Virus record (IMG/VR): IMGVR_UViG_3300040801_001810
Location: 102,194 to 166,193 of that record
DNA from: a virus
Taxonomy: Duplodnaviria > Heunggongvirae > Uroviricota > Caudoviricetes
Strand: one strand, 5' to 3'
DNA: 64,000 nt
Position numbers and translations under genes: made by a program. Numbering within the stretch: the stretch's first letter is position 1; the number at the start of each line of letters is the position of its first letter. The notes beneath the pieces were generated by a model. It worked only from the letters and a program-made list of their open reading frames with translations. It searched no databases and had not been told where the DNA came from. Below, piece after piece: positions 20,301-28,428 of this stretch.

Positions 20301-21408
20301 CTTTAGTTATAATTTCAAATCCAACATCTTTAATTTGAGTATCAGCCGCTCTTGTAGTCTTTAAATCATTTAGCTTATCGCTTAACTTCTTTAATCCAGC
20401 AGTATAATCAAATTGACTTAATAATCTAAATCTTTTATTATCAGGAACAAAAGCCACTCTATTTAATGAGCCTGATGTAATTTTATTATTATCTTGTGCT
20501 AGAAGATCAAACGCATTAACTCCTTTAACAGAATGTTTATTATAACCTTGACCAATTCTCTGTGAATATACCTTTTGCCTAGCAACTGAAAGATGTGTTG
20601 AATCAAACTCTTCGCCACCATATAAGAAGCTTCTTACATTTGTTTCCGTAAAAGTTTGAGTAGTAGGATTAGCATCATAAGCATTCTTAGCCATAGAATA
20701 AGAGGATTTCATTCTATTTAGTCTTCTTTGATAAAGATTAGCATAGGAAGAATCATATTCTAAATAATATTCATGTAAAGCTTTTAATCGAGTCTTATCA
20801 GAAGCAGGAGATTTAATAGAATGTAAAGTAGCTACGTCTTCTTCTCTAGCAGCAGACTCTCTCGCAAAGTGCTCGTATAATGTGCTTTCTCTGAGGGTAA
20901 ATAGAATGTCATCTCTATCAACAGTTACATCAACAGCTGGCTTAAGTGGATATCTGGATCCTTTAGGAGTTCTAACAGCTCCACGAGCAAATCCAAGATC
21001 CTCTTCTGTTCTAGATATAATTGAGTCTTCTGCTCTCTTAACATAATTAATATATGATACGTCTTTCATTTCAGCCATATCAAATTTAGTAGCAGTGTCC
21101 ATATCCAAAACATCATCCAAAGATCGTTGAGTTTCTTCATCAATATCAATACCAAAATAAGGTTGCTTAAGGGAAGCAGATTCGCTGATGATTCTTTCTC
21201 TTGAATCAAATTGTTTCATTGCTTCTCTAGAAACTATCTTATTTTTATATTGATCTAGGTACTTTAATGCCAATCTTCCAGTTGGGCCTTTAATCTTATA
21301 TGCACCAAAAGCCATACCAGTTAAGGCTCCAAGTTTCATAAAGGTATTAAATGTCCAGTGACCTTTATCAACATCTTCTTTTTTAAATGGATTATAAATA
21401 TCAGCCAT
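14356..21408 (-). CDS. Putative virion single-chain two-barrel DNA-dependent RNA polymerase with DEDDh exonuclease domain
   Basis: 2350 aa; TRHP (aa ~1840) and GADFDGD (A1886-D1891, nt 15736-15753); downstream VIGLMTN and QTFISLAKH; N-terminal DFE (550-552), NGSQFD (D697), IDVHSIA, AHASPVVD (H797, D803). Confidence 0.8.
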   Translation of the reverse strand: MADIYNPFKKEDVDKGHWTFNTFMKLGALTGMAFGAYKIKGPTGRLALKYLDQYKNKIVSREAMKQFDSRERIISESASLKQPYFGIDIDEETQRSLDDVLDMDTATKFDMAEMKDVSYINYVKRAEDSIISRTEEDLGFARGAVRTPKGSRYPLKPAVDVTVDRDDILFTLRESTLYEHFARESAAREEDVATLHSIKSPASDKTRLKALHEYYLEYDSSYANLYQRRLNRMKSSYSMAKNAYDANPTTQTFTETNVRSFLYGGEEFDSTHLSVARQKVYSQRIGQGYNKHSVKGVNAFDLLAQDNNKITSGSLNRVAFVPDNKRFRLLSQFDYTAGLKKLSDKLNDLKTTRAADTQIKDVGFEIITKGSATDPKYYAKVSFEHNTKGRFSTEIPLAQHGRIPGSTPSVTEMLDGFYLKTEGDAIRRLNKKHSLGKDLRINEDIENKSQQMIRALNDILDSNMMENEFSINPDKAIRRIHFSMNNLLEDSPLAEGTIRDSFKAGRLVTESKFTKNQLLRLGNAHESMQNLGTLATAIKNREDVVNITFDFESISRDLPGPEWMARDEYTQLTKAGVVSSEFKNGKLVHTGADEFVSDHGYYQMKKYGWTEDTASWLRRELGDKSAHLTTPDEVGEAWGQQIRRQAENFRTSRGAPKFKDNMDFAEHIGESILRQVEAAVAANKKVFFTTKNGSQFDLHMLKNKAPKAWAKLQKYLKFIDVHSIAYYQKLGFGGEGSLALNKVIMRMMGRQGTDPINIDKPGQIRKAIDHFRRKGNIIIGDEMLTDWAQKGFLSQAHASPVVDSLFTNVMLIDEINKFQSGEKSYKNLSELQKFLLDGKRIMGLDESFEEAKYLERGYTIHGEFASASLLGQGQIAKQTMSMFSPNHLIPNSDNPMTKQWDQFYMGIKNRVSSQFMKSMKGRTDLEKRAMHRKYFRPSFISQGEIDAAGWKLKSDAMTNEFSHHIMTDSVSVFNSWRGQEGYNAFSQKVFDRHQFHIEKNVDLTSAQWTSADPHLSKRVLDLEGRVRKRVKELADLDGGSVKKSHWDIALKDVQADMDSKGLTIDIPRGTSLTMAQGDKSFVTTKAELDGVLRNVMIDRDTAGKIKVHGNLLFTAAGSDFNHVTFNYRSLLTKSTGVVDKWLSLGIAMGGAEHVSTADFIEKGYVGAQKNALIEKVFDKLLDQTETGTQAEKTRAEKVIKKISTEINSSFDKKRGVIIHNPETNIKFKNITDPKELAVAKKFIGNIDLSIEKLNGYMVDAGIIWDKQKAQNWYGMWADSDAVGSDNVMKSGRKNIEDWINQTVRNSTKDIDATLSNSKGALSSFHRDDLVNIKESMTPTLKTYFLPDIKRIDEGAKIPMFLEPIQKWTDRDDSPFIPGFRHRQRGAIYNIMKGRQPKPTDLKLRGGLLSLIDTPFGHVSRSTIDDLKTSRRFLKDKRFASARRTMDRFKDVLLSRAVSTSNMELNIKDINKLLDRVNRLDLNKLGRIINSDTAEAEMIQHVSAMLAEEGRSGEDLEKAVKSIIHELQTSKLAESFENNKNFVSMSAVQSWAAMAKDKGVFAYSAKKELGGAFEFHIADMLKNSELDPQMAIQQENKMMSMFKTMYDSAKDPSKGIVESIDETNKVVRLRKLVMHADTSPQNIYNVLNPYGKDLSIGYLSQGNKQQYKVIEAAKHYESVLSEMRSGSKGQTDVRTAESFLKRQYLNYMNQGFLMDSSSVYARANELAPRGVQAPIRGAADIIEKALDIQRRGGFATFGDQFKGSVTQANQLIKRLTSKSNLSDVYVTDAFFKNFELPMQINKANNVVKATEHLARVFGPDNAGKISSIMRGEEYLYGYMTRHPNVQSATDAVLDMRLNIIPQEVGEFLGMNANEAQVHAQYTKLFGADFDGDVAYFVMKGLKTAESLMGYGAEHSASLGKALDSVVSAKQGVVKSLRDSLKEKMFLMDITPGTKDGVLMGGFDDQGNFITKSMDINSQKTMTMFANDFQSFAENIKTIQLHNPNVITAKYIGNQMDRVAHTAVSKNVIGLMTNVAYTRSRQLLQAGLIGKDSVAAKALMGNLNHGYAGIAQTFISLAKHPNADFGRLASAAKVFLDPKNSTREDKNSLKNLFTDMYGADEGQSYYKKSIGIMREMEEIAPRGSQLFDMKRSFDNIDLVRDNANIADIIISAAEKDFMLENKFSVPAPTRSAVSELGDQLSKKFKLDTPNARSFFKKGGKVGAIAAGIYMAATFFKPNQLSNSANPLDAFTDLGVDIDGSHNAISSSVELNRNIPLDMVDASFSKQAFIRLNSNRNNKRQRSSVISRMIDNTVGTVNQNRQAFFGPPNNNYSNYTSYIPQFGSSQLDRRADL

Positions 21409-24400
21409 TATAAATTAAACTTCTTTCTTACATCAAAGGCTCTAGATATAGTAAGAGATCTATCTCTTCTAATTGTTACATTAATAACATTTGCATCACT
21501 AGCTCCATTATTAATATAGACCATAGCGTTAGATTTAATGCCATTCTGTCTAAATAGATTATTTATTATCCCTCTAACGTGACCAGAACTTAAGTTCGGA
21601 GTTTCCATAGGAACTTCATTCATATCAGCTGCTTGTATCTCTCGATCAAATCCTTGCATTCTAAGCATTTGTTCATTCCAACCAAGCCCAAATTCATGTG
21701 CATCAAAACCTTGTTCCTGTATAGTTTTTAATTCGATATCTTCTAACTGGACGCCTGGGTCAAGAACGCTTCTATTAAATACATGTCTTCTATCAACCGA
21801 TATTCCTTTACTTGTATTCTCTACAAAAGCACCAGTTGCTTCTTTTTGATCACTAGCATTCCATTGTTTCTTAAGAGCGGCCCCTAAGTCAGAAGGAAGT
21901 ACACTAAGAATTTCTTTTCGTTCTCTTGGATTTCTAGTATTTAAGAATGATTCTATATATGGTTTCTCAGTAAAAGGAGTTGCTCTAAATAGATCAGCTA
22001 CATTTCCTTCGCCTTGATTAATAGAAGTTAGGGTTGATCTTCTTGCATCCATAAACTTCTTCTGAGTTAATCCCGATGATAATTGTGTCAACATATCAGC
22101 TTTAGCATATTTAGCTGCGTCAAAGTATGAAACTATATCACGCTTTTCTTGAATACTATTTGGAATATATTTTGAACCAGTCGCAAATCTATAAAGTCCA
22201 TGAACTGTTCCATATGCAGTACCTAACCCAGCACCTATAACTGTACCTAATGGTCCACCTAATACAAAACCTCCTGTACCATAAGAAATGCTTCCTGCTA
22301 GGGGGTCAGTCTTTGAAGCGAGTCCTCTTGAGTATGGTTCTACAAATGAGCTAATTGGTTCATCCCATGGCTTGTATTCTTTACCATATAATCTAGTCAT
22401 CTTATAATGTTCTATTGGATCTTTCATTCCAAATAGTTTATTAGTAAGCAAGAAATTAGTATTAGTAAAATTCTCCCAAGCCCAACCAATTGCTCTTTCC
22501 TTTAAACTATAATCCGCTCCAGCTTTAATATCTTCATTAATAGATTGTATATTCTTTTGAGTATCAGGAGTTAATAGTTTCCCTTTGAATCTATTTGGAT
22601 ATAATTCGTATTTACGTAATCTAGCCTGTCTTTTCTTAAGGGCGAATTTATATCTATTTACTTCTTTTTCAGTAAGGACACCAAATTTGATTTGCTTCTC
22701 TACAAGAGTTTTAACTTCTTTATACTCTTTAGAAGTAGGAGCAACGTCAGCTAGAATATCAAGTCTGTCTATCCAGGAATAACTATATCCATAATTATCT
22801 TCGACGCCCTCATCTAGCATTGATTGAGCTGTTTGTCTCGCTTTTTGTAGCTTTGCTAAATCTTTTTCCCATCTATTCCTACTATAATTGACTTCAAATA
22901 ATTTAGTCATCGTAGGATTATCTCTATTTATATATAAGATATTACCCTTATTAAGTCCAAGTTCTTTCAGATAAAAGTTAATCTGGCCAACGTGCTGATA
23001 CTTAGGTCCTTCAGCTAGTTTCTGAAATCCTGCATCATTGATAGATTTAATTTCTAGTGCTCTACGACCTTTACCTCCTTTACCATCTCTAATAACAGCA
23101 TCTACGTGACCAGTAATGTCGTTCTTAATATCAAATACTAGAGCTTCTGCCTGAATTAATAATCCTTCAGCTGCTAGTGAGTCTTGAATAGCAGCGTGCA
23201 TTTCAGTTCCTTCTTCCATTATATCAAACGATTCTTTTAATGTAGGAGTTATCATACCTGTAAAGTACTCTAGTATCTGTGGTTCATTAGCTCCCAACAT
23301 AGATGCTCTAGCAGGCATTGTTCTTCTTAAAGTTGTATGTGTCTTAGAGTAAGCTTCTCCAGGTAATCTAAGTTCTCCTCTTAGAATCTTTTCATAAGGA
23401 TCACCAGAAAGGAATTGAGCTGGTAACCAGTTAGGCATTAAGTTAGGAATAGGATTAATTCCGTATTGCTTATACTCAGGTTTGTCTATTAATCTTCTGA
23501 TAGGCTCAGTTAAGAATCCCATACCACCAAGATTCTTATCATAAAAACTTCTACTCATAGAAGCAATTCTACCAGCTGTCTGTAAAGTAGGCATTACAGC
23601 AGGTTCACCAAATACTCTTTCAGTAATACTTCTACCTAGGAATCCTTTTAGTCCAGCAAATTGCGAAACGTCATATAAGAAATCTTCTGCTGCTGTCTCA
23701 GACCAATTCTTATTTGGCATTATATTTACAGTCCCACCAGCCGTAGCTATTCCTGTTGTGCTTCTAATCTGAGACTGATTCCTCATTAAACCAAGACCTT
23801 CCCCTAAAGTAGGAGGTCTTATTGCGAATGGATATGGATCACCTGCTCCACCAGCTTTAATTGCATCTGAAGTTAAGAACTCTTGATGCATAGTCTTCTG
23901 AGGTTTAATTATTCTACCAATAGTTGCTGATAAAGGTTTACCAATGATTGGCATCTCATCGAATATGCCGCCAGTTACTGGATATGGTCTGCTAAAGAAG
24001 TGCTTACGCTCCATATAATAAGGGTCAACTAAGTCGCCTACATTAAATCCTATAAATGGCAAAGGCTCATGTATTAATTTTCGAAAAGCGGATCCATATT
24101 TTGTATCAGTCTCTTGCCATCTTGACTTAGCTCTTACATACCAGTTTGGAGACCAACCTATAACTTTAGATCCTTCCCACGGAGTTCCACCAAGTAACCA
24201 TGTTGGTGATTTCATCATTGGGACTTCTGCTCTACCAGCATAAATTTCTGTAAGTTCCTGATGACTCTTAGTCATATCTGGAATATAAGGAGAGGCCAGT
24301 CTATTAACTATAGCTCCAGTTAATACTCCCTTAGCTACTCCAAGTGCTCCTCTACCAGTAATCATACTAGAAAGGCCACCAACTATCATACCAGGAAGAG

Positions 24401-27400
24401 TGCTTTCAGAACCAGGAGCGAGACCATGCATATATTTCATCATGCCTGTAACACCTGTCACATCTGAAGCTCTTGCTAATCCTAGTCTACCTTTAGCAAC
24501 GACATCAGCACCAAAACCAGTTAAACCTTCATCAAAAGAAGTATCATCAAATAGAGGATTAGTTGCAATTAAAGTGTCAGCTACTTTGTATGAACCAAAT
24601 GCTAAAGCTGTGGTAGACATTATACCACCAATAAATTTAGCGCCTCCCATTAATCCGTGATGTGAAATATATCTTTTCTTAAATGGCAACCACTCTGATA
24701 TCATATCAGTAGTTGAAGTCATTGTCTTTCCAAGAACATCACTCATTGCTCTTAAGCCAGTAGGAGCAGAGAAGTAAGGAGATGTACCACCAGATAAATC
24801 AGATGGATCGAATTCTGCATCTTTAAGAATTCCCCCCATAATTCTATTCTGTTCAAAGTCAATCTTTGGATTTTTAATTCTATTATTAGAAACAAAATCT
24901 ATTATCTCATTTCCAACATCCCACTGTTCTTCTTTGGCTCTATGTCTAACCTTTTTTAATACGCTAGAAAAAGTGTCAGACGACTTAGCTATGTTTCTAA
25001 CAAGACCGTCATCTCTAAACACAGATAGCTTAGCGTGTAACTTAAGAGCTTTAGCTTCTTTATTGGTAATAATTCCTTGTTCTAATAATCCTGGGACCGC
25101 TGCTATTAATGGGTGTGCTTCTCCTGGTCTAGGATTAGTCAAATAAGATTTATTAAATATATCATCTATATAATTAGTTCTAGCTACATCCATGGATGTC
25201 ATAGATGAAAGTGGACCTAGTCTTTTAACAACTTCGTGTGTCTGCGATTCTTTTGGAAATGCTTTGACTTCTTCTACTGCTCTTTTAAAACCAGTTCTTT
25301 TAATCCAGTCACCAGCTCTCCAATCAAGACTATCTAATTTATCTACTAGCGCACGATCATCAAAAGCTACGTTTAAAATATCATCTGCTAGTGTTTTATC
25401 GTGGACAAAATGAGCTATCTGTTGAAGCGCATTCTTATTTTGTAGAACTCTAGATTGTACTTGAGATGTATGAGTTAATAGATTATCTAATAATGGTAAA
25501 TGTTTTTCTCCATCTAAAATATTACCATTGCCAAATATATCAGCGGATAGTTGTTGGTAATGTTTATTTCCACTTAATCTAGCATCAATATTTCCAAGCA
25601 TTTCATTTAGCTTGGAAGGTAGTCCAATATTTCTTCTATCTAGAAAGTGTAAGAATGTATTTTTAGGACTATCATAATAGTCAACTTGTTCTCTGATCTT
25701 ATTAAAGTCAGATCCAGCGTCCATTGCTGCATCACGTAATCTATTAATTGCTAAGCTTTTAAGTTCATAGCTCTTATCTCTTGAAGCTCGAGGAGCACGA
25801 TATAGTTTTCTTTTAGAATCAACTTCTCTAATACCTTCACCATCAAAAATAGCCCACTTACCATTAGCATACATGAAAGAAGCGTCTTTACCACGAGCCA
25901 ATTCTCCAATAGATCCATTACCAAATTGAAATTCAGGCTTTCTATCAAAGAACTCAAATGAAGGAGCTTCAGATAAATACTTGCCAGCTCCTGTTAGTTC
26001 AGATAAAGTAAAATTCATAGATGATAGTGGAATATGGAATCTCTTATTAGCTATCCATGAGGCCCCTCTTCTCATAACATGAATAGGATCAAATGCTCCA
26101 AGATCTACACCAGCACCCTTAGCTTTACCACCACGCCAATCTCTATAGATATTATTTCCAACACGCATGTTAAGAACATTACCCATTAGAGTTTCTGCGG
26201 TTTTATTACCATATCTTTCAGATAGTGTTCCTTGTGTTCTTCTTATCCAGTCTTCATTAATAACATCTTTATTACGTAATGGTTCTAAGAAACCAAATAC
26301 TTTATTAATAAATGATTTTTGATTAGCTTGTCTCTTAAGCTCAGGAATAAAATGATCTGATAATCCATTAGAAGCTAGTGATGCTTGGCTTCCTACATTT
26401 GACATAGAAGCTACTTTATCAAGTGCTTCTATAGCTCTAAGACCAGAGTATTTAATAGTAGAAGATGGAGTAACTCTATCTTTAGCACCCATCTCTTTAA
26501 CATTTTTAAGAGCAGCATTAATAGTACTAAATGCTTTTTTAGTACGTTGGCCAAAGGACCCCTTAGATCTCCATGCTTCTTTTGCAGCGTCAGGTAATGT
26601 ATATAACGCAGATTGTACACTTCTGTACTTATCTCTAATACTTTTTCCTGCTTCTAAGAAGGATAATCCCTTCTTAACCATATCAGAAGCAACCTTAGTT
26701 TCCTGCTTACTTCTTAGTTCTCCAACGACATCTTGTTTAAGGTATTTCTCATATCTAGCTCCTCTAGGTATACCAGGGGAGTTAGGAGCCATCCTAGCTG
26801 CCAGAGACCTTCCCATAGCTCCACCAAAGGCTTTGGATGCACTACGCATACCAATACTGCCTATAGCTCCAAGTCCTCTCTGTGCGCCCCCAAAGGCCAA
26901 TCCAGCAATAGAGTCATTAACCATCCATCTACCAAAGTTAGATATCTGACCAGGAACGTCGTACCATGATTTTTTCTCGAGACCCATATCTTTAGAGATA
27001 CCAAGCATTGAGTCTACTGCGTAAGCTACTCCCATACCAGATAATACGTTTTGTTTCCAAACGCTACCAACTGAGGCTATAAATGTCTTTGGGTTTTTGA
27101 ATGCTGAAGTAAATCTAGCAGCGCCATAACCAGGCTTACCTTTCATACCAGCAAGAGACTGCATTCTAGTGGTATGTGCTTGCCCAATAGATGTTTTACT
27201 AATGGCCCTCTTAATATCAGACTTAGCTTGATTTACTGTACTAGTTACACTATACGCCCTCTGGGCAATTTGTTTTCTAATACCAGATGGGCGGTTCATC
27301 CATTTCTTAACTATTCCCCCACCAGATTTAGAAAGTCTATGGGTAATAGCTCCACCAATTAAGTTTAATCCACCAATAAGTGCTATAGACTTAATAGCCT

Positions 27401-27491
27401 GGGCAGCACCCTGCATTGGATTACCCTCATTCCTTACATTATCATAAGGATTATAATAGGAGTCGTTACTATCGGGATTATAAATTGCCAT
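21408..27491 (-). CDS. Tape-measure-like protein with embedded PD-(D/E)XK nuclease domain
   Basis: 2027 aa; directly follows the tail chaperones; basic, Gly/Ala-rich, several glycine-zipper hydrophobic segments; GTEMHAAIQ..GHVD..LEIKS..QINFY nuclease motifs at aa ~1425-1545. Confidence 0.7.
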   Translation of the reverse strand: MAIYNPDSNDSYYNPYDNVRNEGNPMQGAAQAIKSIALIGGLNLIGGAITHRLSKSGGGIVKKWMNRPSGIRKQIAQRAYSVTSTVNQAKSDIKRAISKTSIGQAHTTRMQSLAGMKGKPGYGAARFTSAFKNPKTFIASVGSVWKQNVLSGMGVAYAVDSMLGISKDMGLEKKSWYDVPGQISNFGRWMVNDSIAGLAFGGAQRGLGAIGSIGMRSASKAFGGAMGRSLAARMAPNSPGIPRGARYEKYLKQDVVGELRSKQETKVASDMVKKGLSFLEAGKSIRDKYRSVQSALYTLPDAAKEAWRSKGSFGQRTKKAFSTINAALKNVKEMGAKDRVTPSSTIKYSGLRAIEALDKVASMSNVGSQASLASNGLSDHFIPELKRQANQKSFINKVFGFLEPLRNKDVINEDWIRRTQGTLSERYGNKTAETLMGNVLNMRVGNNIYRDWRGGKAKGAGVDLGAFDPIHVMRRGASWIANKRFHIPLSSMNFTLSELTGAGKYLSEAPSFEFFDRKPEFQFGNGSIGELARGKDASFMYANGKWAIFDGEGIREVDSKRKLYRAPRASRDKSYELKSLAINRLRDAAMDAGSDFNKIREQVDYYDSPKNTFLHFLDRRNIGLPSKLNEMLGNIDARLSGNKHYQQLSADIFGNGNILDGEKHLPLLDNLLTHTSQVQSRVLQNKNALQQIAHFVHDKTLADDILNVAFDDRALVDKLDSLDWRAGDWIKRTGFKRAVEEVKAFPKESQTHEVVKRLGPLSSMTSMDVARTNYIDDIFNKSYLTNPRPGEAHPLIAAVPGLLEQGIITNKEAKALKLHAKLSVFRDDGLVRNIAKSSDTFSSVLKKVRHRAKEEQWDVGNEIIDFVSNNRIKNPKIDFEQNRIMGGILKDAEFDPSDLSGGTSPYFSAPTGLRAMSDVLGKTMTSTTDMISEWLPFKKRYISHHGLMGGAKFIGGIMSTTALAFGSYKVADTLIATNPLFDDTSFDEGLTGFGADVVAKGRLGLARASDVTGVTGMMKYMHGLAPGSESTLPGMIVGGLSSMITGRGALGVAKGVLTGAIVNRLASPYIPDMTKSHQELTEIYAGRAEVPMMKSPTWLLGGTPWEGSKVIGWSPNWYVRAKSRWQETDTKYGSAFRKLIHEPLPFIGFNVGDLVDPYYMERKHFFSRPYPVTGGIFDEMPIIGKPLSATIGRIIKPQKTMHQEFLTSDAIKAGGAGDPYPFAIRPPTLGEGLGLMRNQSQIRSTTGIATAGGTVNIMPNKNWSETAAEDFLYDVSQFAGLKGFLGRSITERVFGEPAVMPTLQTAGRIASMSRSFYDKNLGGMGFLTEPIRRLIDKPEYKQYGINPIPNLMPNWLPAQFLSGDPYEKILRGELRLPGEAYSKTHTTLRRTMPARASMLGANEPQILEYFTGMITPTLKESFDIMEEGTEMHAAIQDSLAAEGLLIQAEALVFDIKNDITGHVDAVIRDGKGGKGRRALEIKSINDAGFQKLAEGPKYQHVGQINFYLKELGLNKGNILYINRDNPTMTKLFEVNYSRNRWEKDLAKLQKARQTAQSMLDEGVEDNYGYSYSWIDRLDILADVAPTSKEYKEVKTLVEKQIKFGVLTEKEVNRYKFALKKRQARLRKYELYPNRFKGKLLTPDTQKNIQSINEDIKAGADYSLKERAIGWAWENFTNTNFLLTNKLFGMKDPIEHYKMTRLYGKEYKPWDEPISSFVEPYSRGLASKTDPLAGSISYGTGGFVLGGPLGTVIGAGLGTAYGTVHGLYRFATGSKYIPNSIQEKRDIVSYFDAAKYAKADMLTQLSSGLTQKKFMDARRSTLTSINQGEGNVADLFRATPFTEKPYIESFLNTRNPRERKEILSVLPSDLGAALKKQWNASDQKEATGAFVENTSKGISVDRRHVFNRSVLDPGVQLEDIELKTIQEQGFDAHEFGLGWNEQMLRMQGFDREIQAADMNEVPMETPNLSSGHVRGIINNLFRQNGIKSNAMVYINNGASDANVINVTIRRDRSLTISRAFDVRKKFNL

Positions 27492-28042
27492 TATGATCCT
27501 AGATGTTGGTTAAGTTCATCCATTTTTTCTTGTAGGCTTTTGCCATCATCTGGAAATTGTGATGGATTTACTAATGTTCTACCTTGTTTCTTGAAACCAC
27601 CAAATTTAAATAGTGGTCTTTTTAGTATTAATTCAGCTAAACACATTAATTCAAAAATATCTCTGGGAGTTAATTTTAGTAAGTCAGTTATAGATTGACC
27701 AGGAAAAGCTTCCAATATATCTTTAAGTCCGATATATAAATAATGTTCCTTAAGTTTTTCTCTACTCTCAGAAACAAATATCTCTAGTAAAGTTATATCA
27801 TTCACTTCTTTATTACTATAAGAAATAGCCTGTTCGCCAATCATAACTAATGTTGGAAAGGGAACTTTATTAGCTTCCATATTATAAACAGATATTTTGC
27901 CAGCTATCTCATTTTTAATAATTTCATTTTTAATATTATTTAGAAACTCAAGTTCTAATATAGTGAGGTCTCTAAAGTATACATCTACTGTTTTCTTATC
28001 TTTTTTAAAGGTTGTTTTATACAACTTGGTATTTTTTGTCAT
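27491..28042 (-). CDS. Tail assembly chaperone 2 (putative)
   Basis: Lies between TAC1 and the tape-like gene; VYFRDLTILE motif; start likely ATG 28042 given GGAG at 28051-28048. Confidence 0.55.
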   Translation of the reverse strand: MTKNTKLYKTTFKKDKKTVDVYFRDLTILELEFLNNIKNEIIKNEIAGKISVYNMEANKVPFPTLVMIGEQAISYSNKEVNDITLLEIFVSESREKLKEHYLYIGLKDILEAFPGQSITDLLKLTPRDIFELMCLAELILKRPLFKFGGFKKQGRTLVNPSQFPDDGKSLQEKMDELNQHLGS

Positions 28043-28056
28043 GATCACTCCAAATT

Positions 28057-28086
28057 AAAAAAGGACAGGGATTCATAGCCCTGTCC
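28057..28086 (-). terminator. Intrinsic terminator after tail chaperone 1
   Basis: Minus strand GGACAGGG-CTATGAAT-CCCTGTCC followed by TTTTTT. Confidence 0.8.
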
Positions 28087-28114
28087 CCTTAAACTAACCA
28101 CTCGTGGATTGTGA

Positions 28115-28414
28115 TTAAAGTTCTTCGATTTCAGTCAATTCAAATCCTGAAACAACCATAACTCTTTCCGAAATAACAGCAGATATTCCTGCATTTTTCT
28201 TTAGTTCTGCTTCGTCATATTCACTGACTACGCAAGATTTAAATACTTCAATGTCATTATCAAAAGTAGTTGGATTCATTGCTTGCTTCATTTGTAGGTC
28301 TAGATATAATTCTCTATTCATATTATGAAAATAATAATCTTTTCCAGCTACAGTTGCTCGGTAAATTTTTCCGTGCTCTTCTTTCCAGGTCGTAATTTGT
28401 TCTTGTGATACCAT
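28115..28414 (-). CDS. Tail assembly chaperone 1
   Basis: 99 aa; ITTWKEEHGKIY..YYF..NRE and GIS.VISERVMVVSGF pattern of myophage tail chaperones; follows the tube paralogues. Confidence 0.7.
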   Translation of the reverse strand: MVSQEQITTWKEEHGKIYRATVAGKDYYFHNMNRELYLDLQMKQAMNPTTFDNDIEVFKSCVVSEYDEAELKKNAGISAVISERVMVVSGFELTEIEEL

Positions 28415-28428
28415 AAATTTCCTCCAAT

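Noticed and set aside
22860-23230. Calling the embedded nuclease Cas4 or part of a CRISPR system
   Set aside because: No Fe-S cysteines, no cas1/cas2 and no repeat-spacer array in the window
28100-28140. Programmed frameshift joining the two tail chaperones
   Set aside because: No XXXYYYZ slippery site near the stop, and a terminator plus an independent SD intervene
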